A stretch of DNA of 64,000 nt, taken from the NCBI GenBank assembly GCA_950097015.1, contig CATNEN010000038.1, positions 26,846,001-26,910,000 on the forward strand. Direction: 5' to 3'. The first letter of the stretch is position 1. Every line of letters begins with the position of its first letter. A program made the position numbers and the translations under genes. Under the pieces are notes generated by a model that was not told where the DNA came from, made no database searches, and saw nothing but the letters and a program-made list of their open reading frames with translations. Below, piece by piece: positions 36,263 to 48,689 of the stretch. The stretch comes from Macrostomum hystrix. Its lineage: Eukaryota; Animalia; Platyhelminthes.

Positions 36263-37922
36263 TCGATAACACGAATCTGGGATAATTATCCCCTTACTAG
36301 AAATCGATAACACGAATCTGGGATAATTATCCCCTTACTAGAAATCGATAACACGAATCTGGGATAATTATCCCCTTACTAGAAATCGAAAACACGCATC
36401 TGGGATAATTATCCCCTTACTAGAAATCGATAACACGAATCTGGGATAATTATCCCCTTACTAGAAATCGATAATACGAATCTGACATAATTATCCCCTT
36501 ACTAGAAATCGATAATACGAATCTGGGATAATTATCCCCTTACTAGAAATCGATAATACGAATCTGGGATAATTATCCCCTTACTAGAAATCGATAATAC
36601 GAATCTGGGATAATTATCCCCTTACTAGAAATCGATAACACGAATCTGGGATAATTATCCCCTTACTAGAAATCGATAATACGAATCTGGGATAATTATC
36701 CCCTTACTAGAAATCGATAACACGAATCTGGGATAATTATCCCCTTACTAGAAATCGATAATACGAATCTGGGATAATTATCCCCTTACTAGAAATCGAT
36801 AACACGAATCTGGGATAATTATCCCCTTACTAGAAATCGATAACACGAATCTGGGATAATTATCCCCTTACTAGAAATCGATAATACGAATCTGGGATAA
36901 TTATCCCCTTACTAGAAATCGATAACACGAATCTGGGATAATTATCCCCTTACTAGAAATCGATAACACGAATCTGGGATAATTATCCCCTTACTAGAAA
37001 TCGATAATACGAATCTGGGATAATTATCCCCTTACTAGAAATCGATAACACGAATCTGGGATAATTATCCCCTTACTAGAAATCGATAATACGAATCTGG
37101 GATAATTATCCCCTTACTAGAAATCGATAATACGAATCTGGGATAATTATCCCCTTACTAGAAATCGATAACACGAATCTGGGATAATTATCCCCTTACT
37201 AGAAATCGATAATACGAATCTGGGATAATTATCCCCTTACTAGAAATCGATAACACGAATCTGGGATAATTATCCCCTTACTAGAAATCGATAATACGAA
37301 TCTGGGATAATTATCCCCTTACTAGAAATCGATAACACGAATCTGGGATAATTATCCCCTTACTAGAAATCGATAACACGAATCTGGGATAATTATCCCC
37401 TTACTAGAAATCGATAATACGAATCTGGGATAATTATCCCCTTACTAGAAATCGATAACACGAATCTGGGATAATTATCCCCTTACTAGAAATCGATAAC
37501 ACGAATCTGGGATAATTATCCCCTTACTAGAAATCGATAATACGAATCTGGGATAATTATCCCCTTACTAGAAATCGATAATACGAATCTGGGATAATTA
37601 TCCCCTTACTAGAAATTGATTACCAGAATCTGGGATAATTATCCTCTTACTAGAAATCGATAATACGAATCTGACATAATTATCCCCTTACTAGAAATCG
37701 ATAATACAAATCTGGGATAATTATCCCCTTACTAGAAATCGATAATACGAATCTGACATAATTATCCCCTTACTAGAAATCGATAACACGAATCTGGGAT
37801 AATTATCCCCTTACTAGAAATCGATAACACGAATCTGGGATAATTATCCCCTTACTAGAGGTCGATAATACGAATCTGACATAATTATCCCCTTACTAGA
37901 AATTGATTACCAGAATCTGGGA
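36263..37922. repeat. 41-bp minisatellite containing the palindrome GGGATAATTATCCC
   Basis: Unit gataa(c/t)acgaatctgggataattatccccttactagaaatc, ~40 copies. Confidence 0.95.
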
Positions 37923-38020
37923 TAGTTCTCACTCAAAAAATATATTTCCCAAAATTCAGTAAATTTAACCCGAAAACCGAAATTCCATTTCCCAAACTCT
38001 GGGATATTTCTCCCGCTGAC

Positions 38021-38488
38021 CTTGGCCGGCAGCGAAGAGGTGGGATAGTCCAAGAACAGCCACATTCGGTACCGAAGTCGCCGAACACCTCGACTGCACC
38101 GCACCAGTGACTGCATCGGCTCGATATCCTCGAAGCAGTCCTTAAACAGGGTGTTCTTGGTTCGCTTCTCCTCGTCGTAGCGCACATAGTGCGGCAGGCA
38201 GCAGGGCCCGATGCTGGCCTCGTGGATGCCCCAGAAGACGAGCTCCTTGCGCACGAATGGGCCGCAAATATTAGTCGGCAGGTGCAACTCGCCGGTGCGA
38301 TAAAAGTCCAAGATGAATCTGAACACCTCCGGATCGCGGTCGAAATAATAAGTGTCCTTCTGCAGCTCGTCGGCAGCTATTTGGTTGTACAGTCGGGTGT
38401 TGGGAAATCGGTATAGGGTGGCTCGGCGGGTTACAAAGTTGCAGCCTCCGACAGTGATGGTGACAGTGTCAGCCGGGTTCACGGCCAT
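38021..38488 (-). CDS. Shaw: Shaw/Kv3-like voltage-gated K+ channel, exon 1 (T1 tetramerisation domain)
   Basis: YYFDRDPEVFRFILDFYRTGELHLPTNICGP..FWGI..IGPCC carries the HX5CX20CC Zn motif of non-Shaker T1 domains, with Kv3-type CGP. WLFLDYPTSSLPAK precedes a GTCAG donor; 156 codons. Confidence 0.92.
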
Positions 38489-39054
38489 GACAACAATGCC
38501 CCAGCGTTGTTCACCTGGACTCTCTAGGGACTCCTGTTGATCTACCCGCAGATTTATTACTGCGTTTTCTGGTTATGGCGGTTAGGGACTTGGGGGATTT
38601 ATTTGGGAGGAGGGACAACTGCAGCCGGTTCTGGGATCCAATGATTGGCTGGAGAAGATTATCCTCTTCCTGCAATCCCCATGGGTCGCGGCACACACAC
38701 ACTCTCTCTCTACCATACGACAAACACGCCACTATAGAGAATTTCTAGCAATTCCTTGCTACTAGGAGAAGAACTTTAACCTGATCTTTTTAGCTCCGCA
38801 TGCATTGTCTCCACCAGAAAATTTGAGAAACAGGCAGTCTGTTTGAACTCCGCTTTGCCTGCGTGCTTATTATTGATCCTAGTAGAAACGATTCCATAAT
38901 TTCTTCTTCTAGAAGACAAAAGTTTCGTTTTCATCACACCCTCCTCGGGTCAGACACCAACCCGCCTTGAAATATGAAAGTTTAGGACGTAAACTGTTGC
39001 CGCAACATGGAAAATAATAATTGTAATTACTATCAACGACGGGGTGTCTGCGCC

Positions 39055-39705
39055 TGTCTAGGGGTGTCACTTGTAGTCTAGGAGTGTCACTTATAGTCTT
39101 AGGGGTGTCATTTAAGGTCTAGGGGTGTCACTTAAGGTCTAGGGGTGTCACTTGTAGTCTAGGGGTGTCACTTGTAGTCTAGGGGTGTCGCTAATAGTCT
39201 AGGGGTGTCACTTATAGTCTAGGGGTGTCGCTAATAGTCTAGGGGTGTCACTTATAGTCTAGGGGTGTCACTTATAGTCTAGGGGTGTCACTTATAGTCT
39301 AGGGGTGTCACTTATAGTCTAGGGGGTGTCACTTATAGTCTAGGGGTGTCACTTATAGTCTAGGGGTGTCACTTATAGTCTAGGGGTGTCACTTATAGTC
39401 TAGGGGTGTCACTTATAGTCTAGGGGTGTCACTTATAGTCTAGGGGGTGTCACTTATAGTCTAGGGGTGTCACTTGTAGTCTAGGGGTGTCACTTATAGT
39501 CTAGGGGTGTCACTTATAGTCTAGGGGTGTCACTTATAGTCTAGGGGTGTCACTTATAGTCTAGGGGTGTCACTTATAGTCTAGGGGGTGTCACTTATAG
39601 TCTAGGGGTGTCACTTATAGTCTAGGGGTGTCACTTATAGTCTAGGGGTGTCACTTATAGTCTAGGGGTGTCACTTATAGTCTAGGAGTGTCTTTTATAT
39701 TCTAG
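39055..39705. repeat. 20-bp minisatellite (ctaggggtgtcacttatagt)
   Basis: Direct periodicity, upstream of the Kv ATG. Confidence 0.95.
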
Positions 39706-40147
39706 GGGCCGAGCCCCAAAGCTTACCCAAACGAGAGCTTACCATCGCCGTGGATTCGATCTCGGGCTCTTCGATACTGCTTTGAAAACGAGCCGTATAA
39801 AAGTGAAATTCATTGATTGAGAAGTTAATCGAGCTGCGAAACTCAGATCGCATGTTGAGTGTCTCTGTATCAAAGGCTTGAGAAAAAATAGATAAGAGTA
39901 ACCTTAATTATAGTTGTCCACTTTATCACTCCCATCTCATCTCAACCCAACTAATCAACCCTCTGATTAAATTTCACTAATCCTAATCTAATATGAGAAT
40001 GCTACAGTATCGTGTGAGATCAAAGGCAAAATTCTTCGATATTGTTTAATCGAACTCGAAATCGAAAGTTGTTAGAAAAGTACAGCTGGTGCCAAATGAT
40101 TAAAAAAGAATTTAACTATTACAAAGTCTTGAATCATTCTAAGGAAT

Positions 40148-40570
40148 GTGTTTTCCCTGTCTAACAGGTGTTCTCCCTGTCTAACAGATGTTCTCCCTGT
40201 CTAACAGGTGTTCTCCCTGTCTAACAGGTGTTCTCCCTGTCTAACAGGTGTTCTCCCTGTCTAACAGGTGTTCTCCCTGTCTAACAGGTGTTCTCCCTGT
40301 CTAACAGATGTTCTCCCTGTCTAACAGGTGTTCTCCCTGTCTAACAGATGTTCTCCCTGTCTAACAGGTGTTCTCCCTGTCTAACAGGTGTTCTTCCTGT
40401 CTAACAGATGTTCTTACAGACTAACAGGTGTTCTCACTGTCTAACAGGTATTCTCATTGTCTAACAGGTGCTCTCACAGTCTAACAGGTGTTCTCACTGT
40501 CTAACAGGTATTCTCATTGTCTAACAGGTGCTCTCACAGTCTAACAGGTGCTCTCACAGTCTAACAGGTG
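40148..40570. repeat. 20-bp minisatellite (ctaacaggtgttctccctgt)
   Basis: Direct periodicity. Confidence 0.93.
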
Positions 40571-40842
40571 TGCATAGTTATTATCACTGTCACAGTCAGT
40601 CGCAGGAACTCCATCTAAAAATTCTCAGTCTCAAAGTGAAGAATATTTTAGTAAAATAAAATAAATTCGTAATAAACACTTCTGTTTATTTGTCTTGTAG
40701 CATCAATGCCTTAAACAAACTTAAAAAATCAAGTTAAAATAATATCAGGAACCCATCTAGAAGAGAGATTTAGGCAGTTTGATAAAGCTGTTTTACGCTC
40801 GTAATATAAAAACTGAAAAAAATGTCTTCAAAATGAAGTCTC

Positions 40843-40933
40843 TCAATACTTGGCTTCGACATCGTAGGCTGGCGGTCTGTCGCTCTCAATGTAGGCAGCA
40901 TTGCCCATAGACATTTCTGCTGTTGCCGGCGCT
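40843..40933 (-). CDS. Shisa-like protein, exon 5 (cytoplasmic PPxY tail)
   Basis: APATAEMSMGNAAYIESDRPPAYDVEAKY* contains a PPAY motif. Total CDS 672 nt, 223 aa. Confidence 0.8.
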
Positions 40934-41027
40934 CTAGATGAATGAAACCGAGGGTAGAAAAAATAAATTGTGAAAATTTTGAATTTAAATTTCGGAGATA
41001 AGAAAATAAACAAAATATTTTACTCAC

Positions 41028-41126
41028 CGAAAGCTAAAGAATTTTTTATACAGCTTGAAGCATATGTAGGCCAACACTGCTACGCCAGCAACAACAGCAA
41101 TTACGACCGATGCGATGCGGCCGGGA
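41028..41126 (-). CDS. Shisa-like protein, exon 4 (transmembrane helix)
   Basis: DPGRIASVVIAVVAGVAVLAYICFKLYKK: a TM helix followed by basic residues. CAG acceptor, GTGAG donor. Confidence 0.82.
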
Positions 41127-41309
41127 CTGTTAAATTTTACAAGGAAAAACATTTATATTCATAGTTTCTGCATCACACTACTGACCAGTTGTTGGTTAGT
41201 AGGATAGTAGGTCTATTAACCTCACTAATTCCAAAAAAACTAAAATGAGAGCCTGGAAATAAACTTTTTTCTGACTTTACTAGCCAGATTTGAAATTCTC
41301 TATTAATTC

Positions 41310-43430
41310 CTCTCAGCTTTGGCTGTAAAACCCTCTAGAATCCTCTGAGCTTTGGCTATAAAACCCTCTAGAATCCTCTGAGCTTTAGATGTAAAATCCT
41401 CTAGAATCTTCTAAGCTTTGGCTGTCAAATTCTCTAGAATCCTCTCAGCTTTGGCTGTCAAATCCTCTAGAATCCTCTCAGCTTTGGCTGTCAAATCCTC
41501 TAGAATCCTCTCAGCTTTGGCTGTCAAATCCTCTAGAATCCTCTCAGCTTTGGCTGTCAAATCCTCTAGAATCCTCTCAGCTTTGGCTGTCAAATTCTAT
41601 AGAATCCTTTCAGCTTTGGCTGTCAAATCCTTTTAAATTTGGCTGTCAAATTCTCTAGAATCCTCTCAGCTTTGGCTGTCAAATCCTCTAGAATCCTCTC
41701 AGCTTTGGCTGTCAAATCCTCTAGAATCCTCTCAGCTTTGGCTGTCAAATCCTCTAGAATCCTCTCAGCTTTGGCTGTCAAATCCTCTAGAATCCTCTCA
41801 GCTTTGGCTGTCAAATCCTCTAGAATCCTCTCAGCTTTGGCTGTCAAATCCTTTTAAATTTGGCTGTCAAATTCTCTAGAATCCTCTCAGCTTTGGCTGT
41901 CAAATCCTCTAGAATCCTCTCAGCTTTGGCTGTCAAATCCTCTAGAATCCTCTCAGCTTTGGCTGTCAAATCCTCTAGAATCCTCTCAGCTTTGGCTGTC
42001 AAATCCTCTAGAATCCTCTCAGCTTTGGCTGTCAAATCCTCTAGAATCCTCTCAGCTTTGGCTGTCAAATTCTATAGAATCCTTTCAGCTTTGGCTGTCA
42101 AATCCTTTTAAATTTGGCTGTCAAATTCTCTAGAATCCTCTCAGCTTTGGCTGTCAAATCCTCTAGAATCCTCTCAGCTTTGGCTGTCAAATCCTCTAGA
42201 ATCCTCTCAGCTTTGGCTGTCAAATCCTCTAGAATCCTCTCAGCTTTGGCTGTCAAATCCTCTAGAATCCTCTCAGCTTTGGCTGTCAAATCCTCTAGAA
42301 TCCTCTCAGCTTTGGCTGTCAAATTCTATAGAATCCTTTCAGCTTTGGCTGTCAAATCCTTTTAAATTTGGCTGTCAAATTCTCTAGAATCCTCTCAGCT
42401 TTGGCTGTCAAATCCTCTAGAATCCTCTCAGCTTTGGCTGTCAAATCCTCTAGAATCCTCTCAGCTTTGGCTGTCAAATCCTCTAGAATCCTCTCAGCTT
42501 TGGCTGTCAAATCCTCTAGAATCCTCTCAGCTTTGGCTGTCAAATCCTCTAGAATCCTCTCAGCTTTGGCTGTCAAATCCTCTAGAATCCTCTCAGCTTT
42601 GGCTGTCAAATCCTCTAGAATCCTCTCAGCTTTGGCTGTCAAATTCTATAGAATCCTTTCAGCTTTGGCTGTCAAATCCTTTTAAATTTGGCTGTCAAAT
42701 TCTCTAGAATCCTCTCAGCTTTGGCTGTCAAATCCTCTAGAATCCTCTCAGCTTTGGCTGTCAAATCCTCTAGAATCCTCTCAGCTTTGGCTGTCAAATC
42801 CTCTAGAATCCTCTCAGCTTTGGCTGTCAAATCCTCTAGAATCCTCTCAGCTTTGGCTGTCAAATCCTCTAGAATCCTCTCAGCTTTGGCTGTCAAATCC
42901 TCTAGAATCCTCTCAGCTTTGGCTGTCAAATCCTCTAGAATCCTCTCAGCTTTGGCTGTCAAATCCTCTAGAATCCTCTCAGCTTTGGCTGTCAAATCCT
43001 CTAGAATCCTCTCAGCTTTGGCTGTCAAATCCTCTAGAATCCTCTCAGCTTTGGCTGTCAAATCCTCTAGAATCCTCTCAGCTTTGGCTGTCAAATCCTC
43101 TAGAATCCTCTCAGCTTTGGCTGTCAAATCCTCTAGAATCCTCTCAGCTTTGGCTGTCAAATCCTCTAGAATCCTCTCAGCTTTGGCTGTCAAATCCTCT
43201 AGAATCCTCTCAGCTTTGGCTGTCAAATCCTCTAGAATCCTCTCAGCTTTGGCTGTCAAATCCTCTAGAATCCTCTCAGCTTTGGCTGTCAAATCCTCTA
43301 GAATCCTCTCAGCTTTAGCTGTCAAATCCTCTAGAATCCTCTCAGCTTTGGCTGTCAAATCCTCTAGAATCCTCTCAGATTTAGCTGTCAAATCCTCTAG
43401 AATCCTCTCAGCTTTGGCTGTAAAATCCAG
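41310..43430. repeat. 33-bp minisatellite with higher-order structure (aaatcctctagaatcctctcagctttggctgtc)
   Basis: 11-aa periodic ORFs broken by a 23-bp truncated unit; intron 3 of the Shisa-like gene. Confidence 0.95.
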
Positions 43431-43485
43431 TAGATTCATCTAGTGACTATTTCCCATAACACCCAACACAAAATAGCGGACTCAC

Positions 43486-43749
43486 TCCCAAAAGGTGCAG
43501 CAATACTCTGCTAGTTCAGTTCCACAACAGTAAGTTTTGCCAGTGTTATCATCCAATGGGCACACAAATATTCCAAGAACGGTGGTGTTTTTGTAGTACC
43601 ATGGCTGCACAACTGTACTGTTCAAGTCTTGGCTAAGAGGGTCCATAACGTTAACGCACAAAGTTGGCTGGGATTTTGAATAGTAGCTGCGATAAGAATA
43701 GCGAGAGTAGAATATTCCGCGACTCAGGGCGTACGTTTGCACCGAGACG
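43486..43749 (-). CDS. Shisa-like protein, exon 3 (six-Cys ectodomain)
   Basis: TLCVN..FVCP..TYCCG..EYCCTFW gives a C-C-CC-CC pattern. N-glycosylation sequons NST and NTT. CAG acceptor, GTGAG donor. Confidence 0.83.
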
Positions 43750-43789
43750 CTGAAATTAGAGATCGCGAGTTTGCTGACTTCATGCAATT

Positions 43790-44250
43790 TGAACAGGTGT
43801 CTCTCCTTTCTGAACAGGTGTCTCTCCTTTCTGAACAGGTGTCTCTGCTGTCTAAACAGGTGTCTCTCCTTCCTGAACAGGTGTCTCTCCTTTCTGAACA
43901 GGTGTCTCTCCTTTCTGAACAGGTGTCTCTCCTTTCTGAACAGGGGTCTCTCCTTTCTGAACAGGTGTCTCTGCTGTCTAAACAGGTGTCTCTGCTGTCT
44001 AAACAGGTGTCTCTCCTTTCTGAACAGGTGTCTCTCCTTTCTGAACAGGTGTCTCTCCTTTCTGAACAGGTGTCTCTCCTTTCTGAACAGGCGTCTCTCC
44101 TTTCTGAACAGGTGTCTCTGCTGTCTAAACAGGTGTCTCTCCTTTCTGAACAGGTGTCTCTCCTTCCTGAACAGGGGTCTCTCCTTTCTGAACAAGTGTT
44201 TCAACTGTCTAAGCAGGTGTCTTATTTGTCTAAACAGGTGTCTCAACTGT
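43790..44250. repeat. 21-bp minisatellite (aacaggtgtctctcctttctg)
   Basis: Direct periodicity; intron 2 of the Shisa-like gene. Confidence 0.93.
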
Positions 44251-44326
44251 TTGAAAAGGGTCTCTATGGTCTCTCGGACCGGTCACGACTAGTACTTTGA
44301 TATTAAAGCAATAGAGCAGTGCTCAC

Positions 44327-44462
44327 GAGAATCTGGACCGAACAATGCCCGACACGGAGCCTGTGTAGCTGCTAGATCGAGTGCCCCCGCTGCGGTAACT
44401 GGAGTACCTGGAGCTGCCGGAACGAAAACTGGAGCCCCGCACAGCTGCACTGGCCGGCCGGG
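44327..44462 (-). CDS. Shisa-like protein, exon 2 (Arg/Ser/Gly/Tyr-rich)
   Basis: ARPASAAVRGSSFRSGSSRYSSYRSGGTRSSSYTG. CAG acceptor, GTGAG donor, phases fit. Confidence 0.78.
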
Positions 44463-44490
44463 CTGAGGGTCGAGGGAGGTTTTTTATTGT

Positions 44491-45157
44491 GTGACAGGTG
44501 AGGCCGGAGAGTGACATGTGAGGCCGGAGAGTGACATGTGAGGCCGGAGAGTGACATGTGAGGCCGGAGAGTGACAGGTGAGGCCGGATAGTGACAGGTG
44601 AGGCCGGAGAGTGACATGTGAGGCCGGAGAGTGACATGTGAGGCCGGAAAGTGACAGGTGAGGCCGGATAGTGACAGGTGAGGCCGGAGAGTGACATGTG
44701 AGGCCGGATAGTGACAGGTGAGGCCGGAGAGTGACAGGTGAGGCCGGAGAGTGACATGTGAGGCCGGAGAGTGACAGGTGAGGCCGGAGAGTGACATGTG
44801 AGGCCGGAGAGTGACATGTGAGGCCGGAGAGTGACAGGTGAGGCATTGGAGTGACAGGTGAGGCTGTGGAGTGACAGGTGAGGCTGTGGAGTGACAGGTG
44901 AGGCTGTGGAGTGACAGGTGAGGCAGTGGAGTGACAGGTGAGGCAGTGGAGTGACAGGTGAGGCTGTGGAGTGACAGGTGAGGCTGTGGAGTGACAGGTG
45001 AGGCTGTGGAGTGACAGGTGAGGCATTGGAGTGACAGGTGAGGCAGTGGAGGGACAGGTGAGGCAGTGGAGGGACAGGTGAGGCAGTGGAGTGACAGGTG
45101 AGGCTGTGGAGTGACAGGTGAGGCTGTGGAGTGACAGGTGAGGCTGTTGAGTGACAG
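44491..45157. repeat. 20-bp two-domain minisatellite (gtgacatgtgaggccggaga, then gtgacaggtgaggc(t/a)gtgga)
   Basis: Fills intron 1 of the Shisa-like gene. Confidence 0.95.
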
Positions 45158-45188
45158 TACAGATAGAACAGAATCTCATAAACCTTAC

Positions 45189-45270
45189 CTAGCAGGCTAG
45201 ATAGAACCAGTGCAATTGTCAGCAATGCAGTCAGCTGTGCCAAACATTTATTACTCATTTTCGATTCCAT
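45189..45270 (-). CDS. Shisa-like/CX-type single-pass membrane protein, exon 1 (signal peptide)
   Basis: MESKMSNKCLAQLTALLTIALVLSSLL is a hydrophobic leader. GTAAG donor, phase 1. Confidence 0.78.
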
Positions 45271-45761
45271 ATTTTGTGCAAGAAGTTAACAATGATATAA
45301 ACTAGGCCAATAATTGATCAAAATTTTCAGCTGTGAGATCAGTAATGAGTAGATCTAGAAACACAAGAAATGTAGACAATGGCTGTCCCTGCTGTAACTT
45401 TTTGAGTAAGATATTTATATTAATATGGTGTGCGTCAACGCCCAACTATGGGTAGGAAAAAACGCATAAGTGTGTCCATAGCCTGTGCTCACAGTCCGGC
45501 CGCGTTCTCTGCTCAAAGAGTTTGCACTTTTAAAGTTTTTCTTTCATTGTGACGCATGAGCGCACGCTATACAATTTGGCAGGGCTGAAATCTGGTCTGA
45601 GAACACAGGTTGAGTGGCAGCGAGAGATTAGCTATCTAGTTTGGCTATAGGTAGGTTAACCCTCAAGTGTGAGCTGCTGAAAGCTTCAGTGTACTGTGAG
45701 TACTGTGTCTTTTGATTTAATTAAATCACTAGACATCTCTCCTCATCCATGAATACCTGTC

Positions 45762-48280
45762 ACCCACACCCTGAATCTCTCACCCACACCTCTGAATCTC
45801 TCATCTGAATCTCTGAATCTCTCATCTGAATCTCTGAATCTCTCACACACACCTCTGAATCTCTCACCCACACCTCTGAATCTCTCATCTGAATCTCTGA
45901 ATATCTCATCTGAATCTCTGAATCTCTCATCTGAATCCCTGAATCTCTCACCCACATCTCTGAATCTCTCACCCACATCTCTGAATCTCTCATCTAAATC
46001 TCTGAATCTCTCATCTAAATCTCTTAATCTCTCATCTAAATCTCTGAATCTCTCATCTGAATCTCTGAATCTCTCATCTGAATCTCTGAATCTCTCATCT
46101 GAATCTATGAATCTCTCACACACACCTCTGAATCTCTCACCCACACCTCTGAATCTCTCATCTAAATCTCTGAATCTCTCATCTAAATCTCTTAATCTCT
46201 CATCTAAATCTCTGAATCTCTCATCTAAATCTCTGAATCTCTCATCTGAATCTCTTAATCTCTCATCTGAATCTCTTAATCTCTCATCTAAATCTCTGAA
46301 TCTCTCATCTAAATCTCTTAATCTCTCATCTAAATCTCTGAATCTCTCACCCACACCTCTGAATCTCTCATCTAAATCTCTGAATCTCTCACCCACACCT
46401 CTGAATCTCTCATCTAAATCTCTGAATCTCTCATCTGAATCTCTGAATCTCTCATCTGAATCTCTGAATCTCTCATCTGAATCTCTGAATCTCTCATCTG
46501 AATCTCTGAATCTCTCATCTGAATCTCTGATTCTCTCATCTGAATCTCTGATTCTCTCATCTGAATCTCTGATTCTCTCATCTGAATCTCTGAATCTCTC
46601 ATCTGAATCTCTGAATCTCTCACACACACCTCTGAATCTCTCACCCACACCTCTGAATCTCTCACCCACACCTCTGAATCTCTCATCTGAATCTCTGAAT
46701 CTCTCATCTGAATCTCTGAATCTCTCACCCACATCTCTGAATCTCTCACCCACATCTCTTAATCTCTCACCCACATCTCTGAATCTCTCATCTAAATCTC
46801 TGAATCTCTCATCTAAATCTCTGAATCTCTCATCTAAATCTCTGAATCTCTCATCTAAGTCTCTTAATCTCTCACCCATATCTCTGAATCTCTCACCCAC
46901 ATCTCTTAATCTCTCACCCACATCTCTGAATCTCTCATCTAAATCTCTGAATCTCTCATCTAAATCTCTGAATCTCTCATCTAAATCTCTGAATCTCTCA
47001 TCTAAGTCTCTTAATCTCTCACCCATATCTCTGAATCTTTTATCTAAGTCTCTTAATCTCTCACCCATATCTCTGAATCTCTCATCTAAATCTCTGAATC
47101 TCTCATCTAAATCTCTGAATCTCTCATCTAAATCTCTGAATCTCTCACCCACATCTCTGAATCTCTCACCCACATCTCTGAATCTCTCATCTAAATCTCT
47201 GAATCTCTCATCTAAATCTCTGAATCTCTCATCTAAATCTCTGAATCTCTCATCTAAGTCTCTTAATCTCTCATCTGAATCTCTGAATCTCTCATCTGAA
47301 TCTCTGATTCTCTCATCTGAATCTCTGAATCTCTCATCTGAATCTCTGAATCTCTCATCTGAATCTCTGAATCTCTCATCTGAATCTCTGAATCTCTCAT
47401 CTGAATCTCTGAATCTCTCATCTGAATCTCTGATTCTCTCATCTGAATCTCTGAATCTCTCATCTGAATCTCTGATTCTCTCACCTAAGTCTCTTAATCT
47501 CTCACCCATATCTCTGAATCTCTCATCTGAATCTCTGAATCTCTCATCTAAATCTCTGAATCTCTCATCTAAATCTCTGAATCTCTCATCTAAGTCTCTT
47601 AATCTCTCACCCATATCTCTGAATCTCTCATCTGAATCTCTGAATCTCTCATCTGAATCTCTGATTCTCTCATCTGAATCTCTGAATCTCTCATCTGAAT
47701 CTCTGAATCTCTCATCTGAATCTCTGAATCTCTCATCTGAATCTCTGAATCTCTCATCTGAATCTCTGAATCTCTCATCTGAATCTCTGATTCTCTCATC
47801 TGAATCTCTGAATCTCTCATCTGAATCTCTGATTCTCTCACCTAAGTCTCTTAATCTCTCACCCATATCTCTGAATCTCTCATCTGAATCTCTGAATCTC
47901 TCATCTGAATCTCTGAATCTCTCATCTGAATCTCTGATTCTCTCATCTGAATCTCTGAATCTCTCATCTGAATCTCTGAATCTCTCATCTGAATCTCTGA
48001 TTCTCTCATCTGAATCTCTGAATCTCTCATCTGAATCTCTGATTCTCTCATCTGAATCTCTGAATCTCTCATCTGAATCTCTGATTCTCTCACCTAAGTC
48101 TCTTAATCTCTCACCCATATCTCTGAATCTCTCATCTGAATCTCTGAATCTCTCATCTAAATCTCTGAATCTCTCATCTAAATGTCTGAATCTCTCATCT
48201 AAATCTCTGAATCTCTCATCTAAATCTCTGAATCTCTCACCCACATCTCTGAATCTCTCACCCACATCTCTGAATCTCTC
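45762..48280. repeat. 21-bp minisatellite (ctgaatctctcatctgaatct and variants)
   Basis: Source of the 859-aa and 731-aa pseudo-ORFs. Confidence 0.95.
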
Positions 48281-48689
48281 AGAGTTCCGTTGTAGCAAGT
48301 GAAATGCTGAAAATCTCAACAAAAACGTCTTATTCAGTCTAGAAAGCTAAATCTGATGACAGGTCCATTGCCGTGAAGCGTATCAGGGCTAGAAGCTGTA
48401 ACACGATACAGTGAAGCTATGACGCTGTCTAACCAGCAAGAGAAAGCTCAAATTTTTATCCGAGACCCGCAAGAAAGTTGACGCAAGCAGAAAAGCTGAA
48501 TTAATCATCGATATTCAGCAGACACGGCGTGGGAACTGTCTGGTGCATTCGTTCGCATGTTGAATTATAGCTAAACTTTCTCTTCTAGAGGATTGATTGC
48601 AGCCTATGGTGAAAGCAATGACGCATTAAAAAAAATTCTAGAAAAATTTGCAGTTTCGATTTCATTTCAGGAAAGCAGAGATCAAGAAA

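Noticed and set aside
36263-37922. CRISPR-like array (palindromic repeats; also 61545-64000)
   Set aside because: Units are contiguous with no unique spacers, there are no cas genes, and the context is eukaryotic.
45743-48322. 859-aa and 731-aa ORFs, and similar long periodic ORFs at 701, 14344, 15784, 17284, 19251, 23502, 28451, 29441, 31856, 32792, 42672, 48835, 54527 and 60220
   Set aside because: They are translations of stop-free minisatellite units, often open on both strands or in several frames, mostly inside introns, with no domain content.
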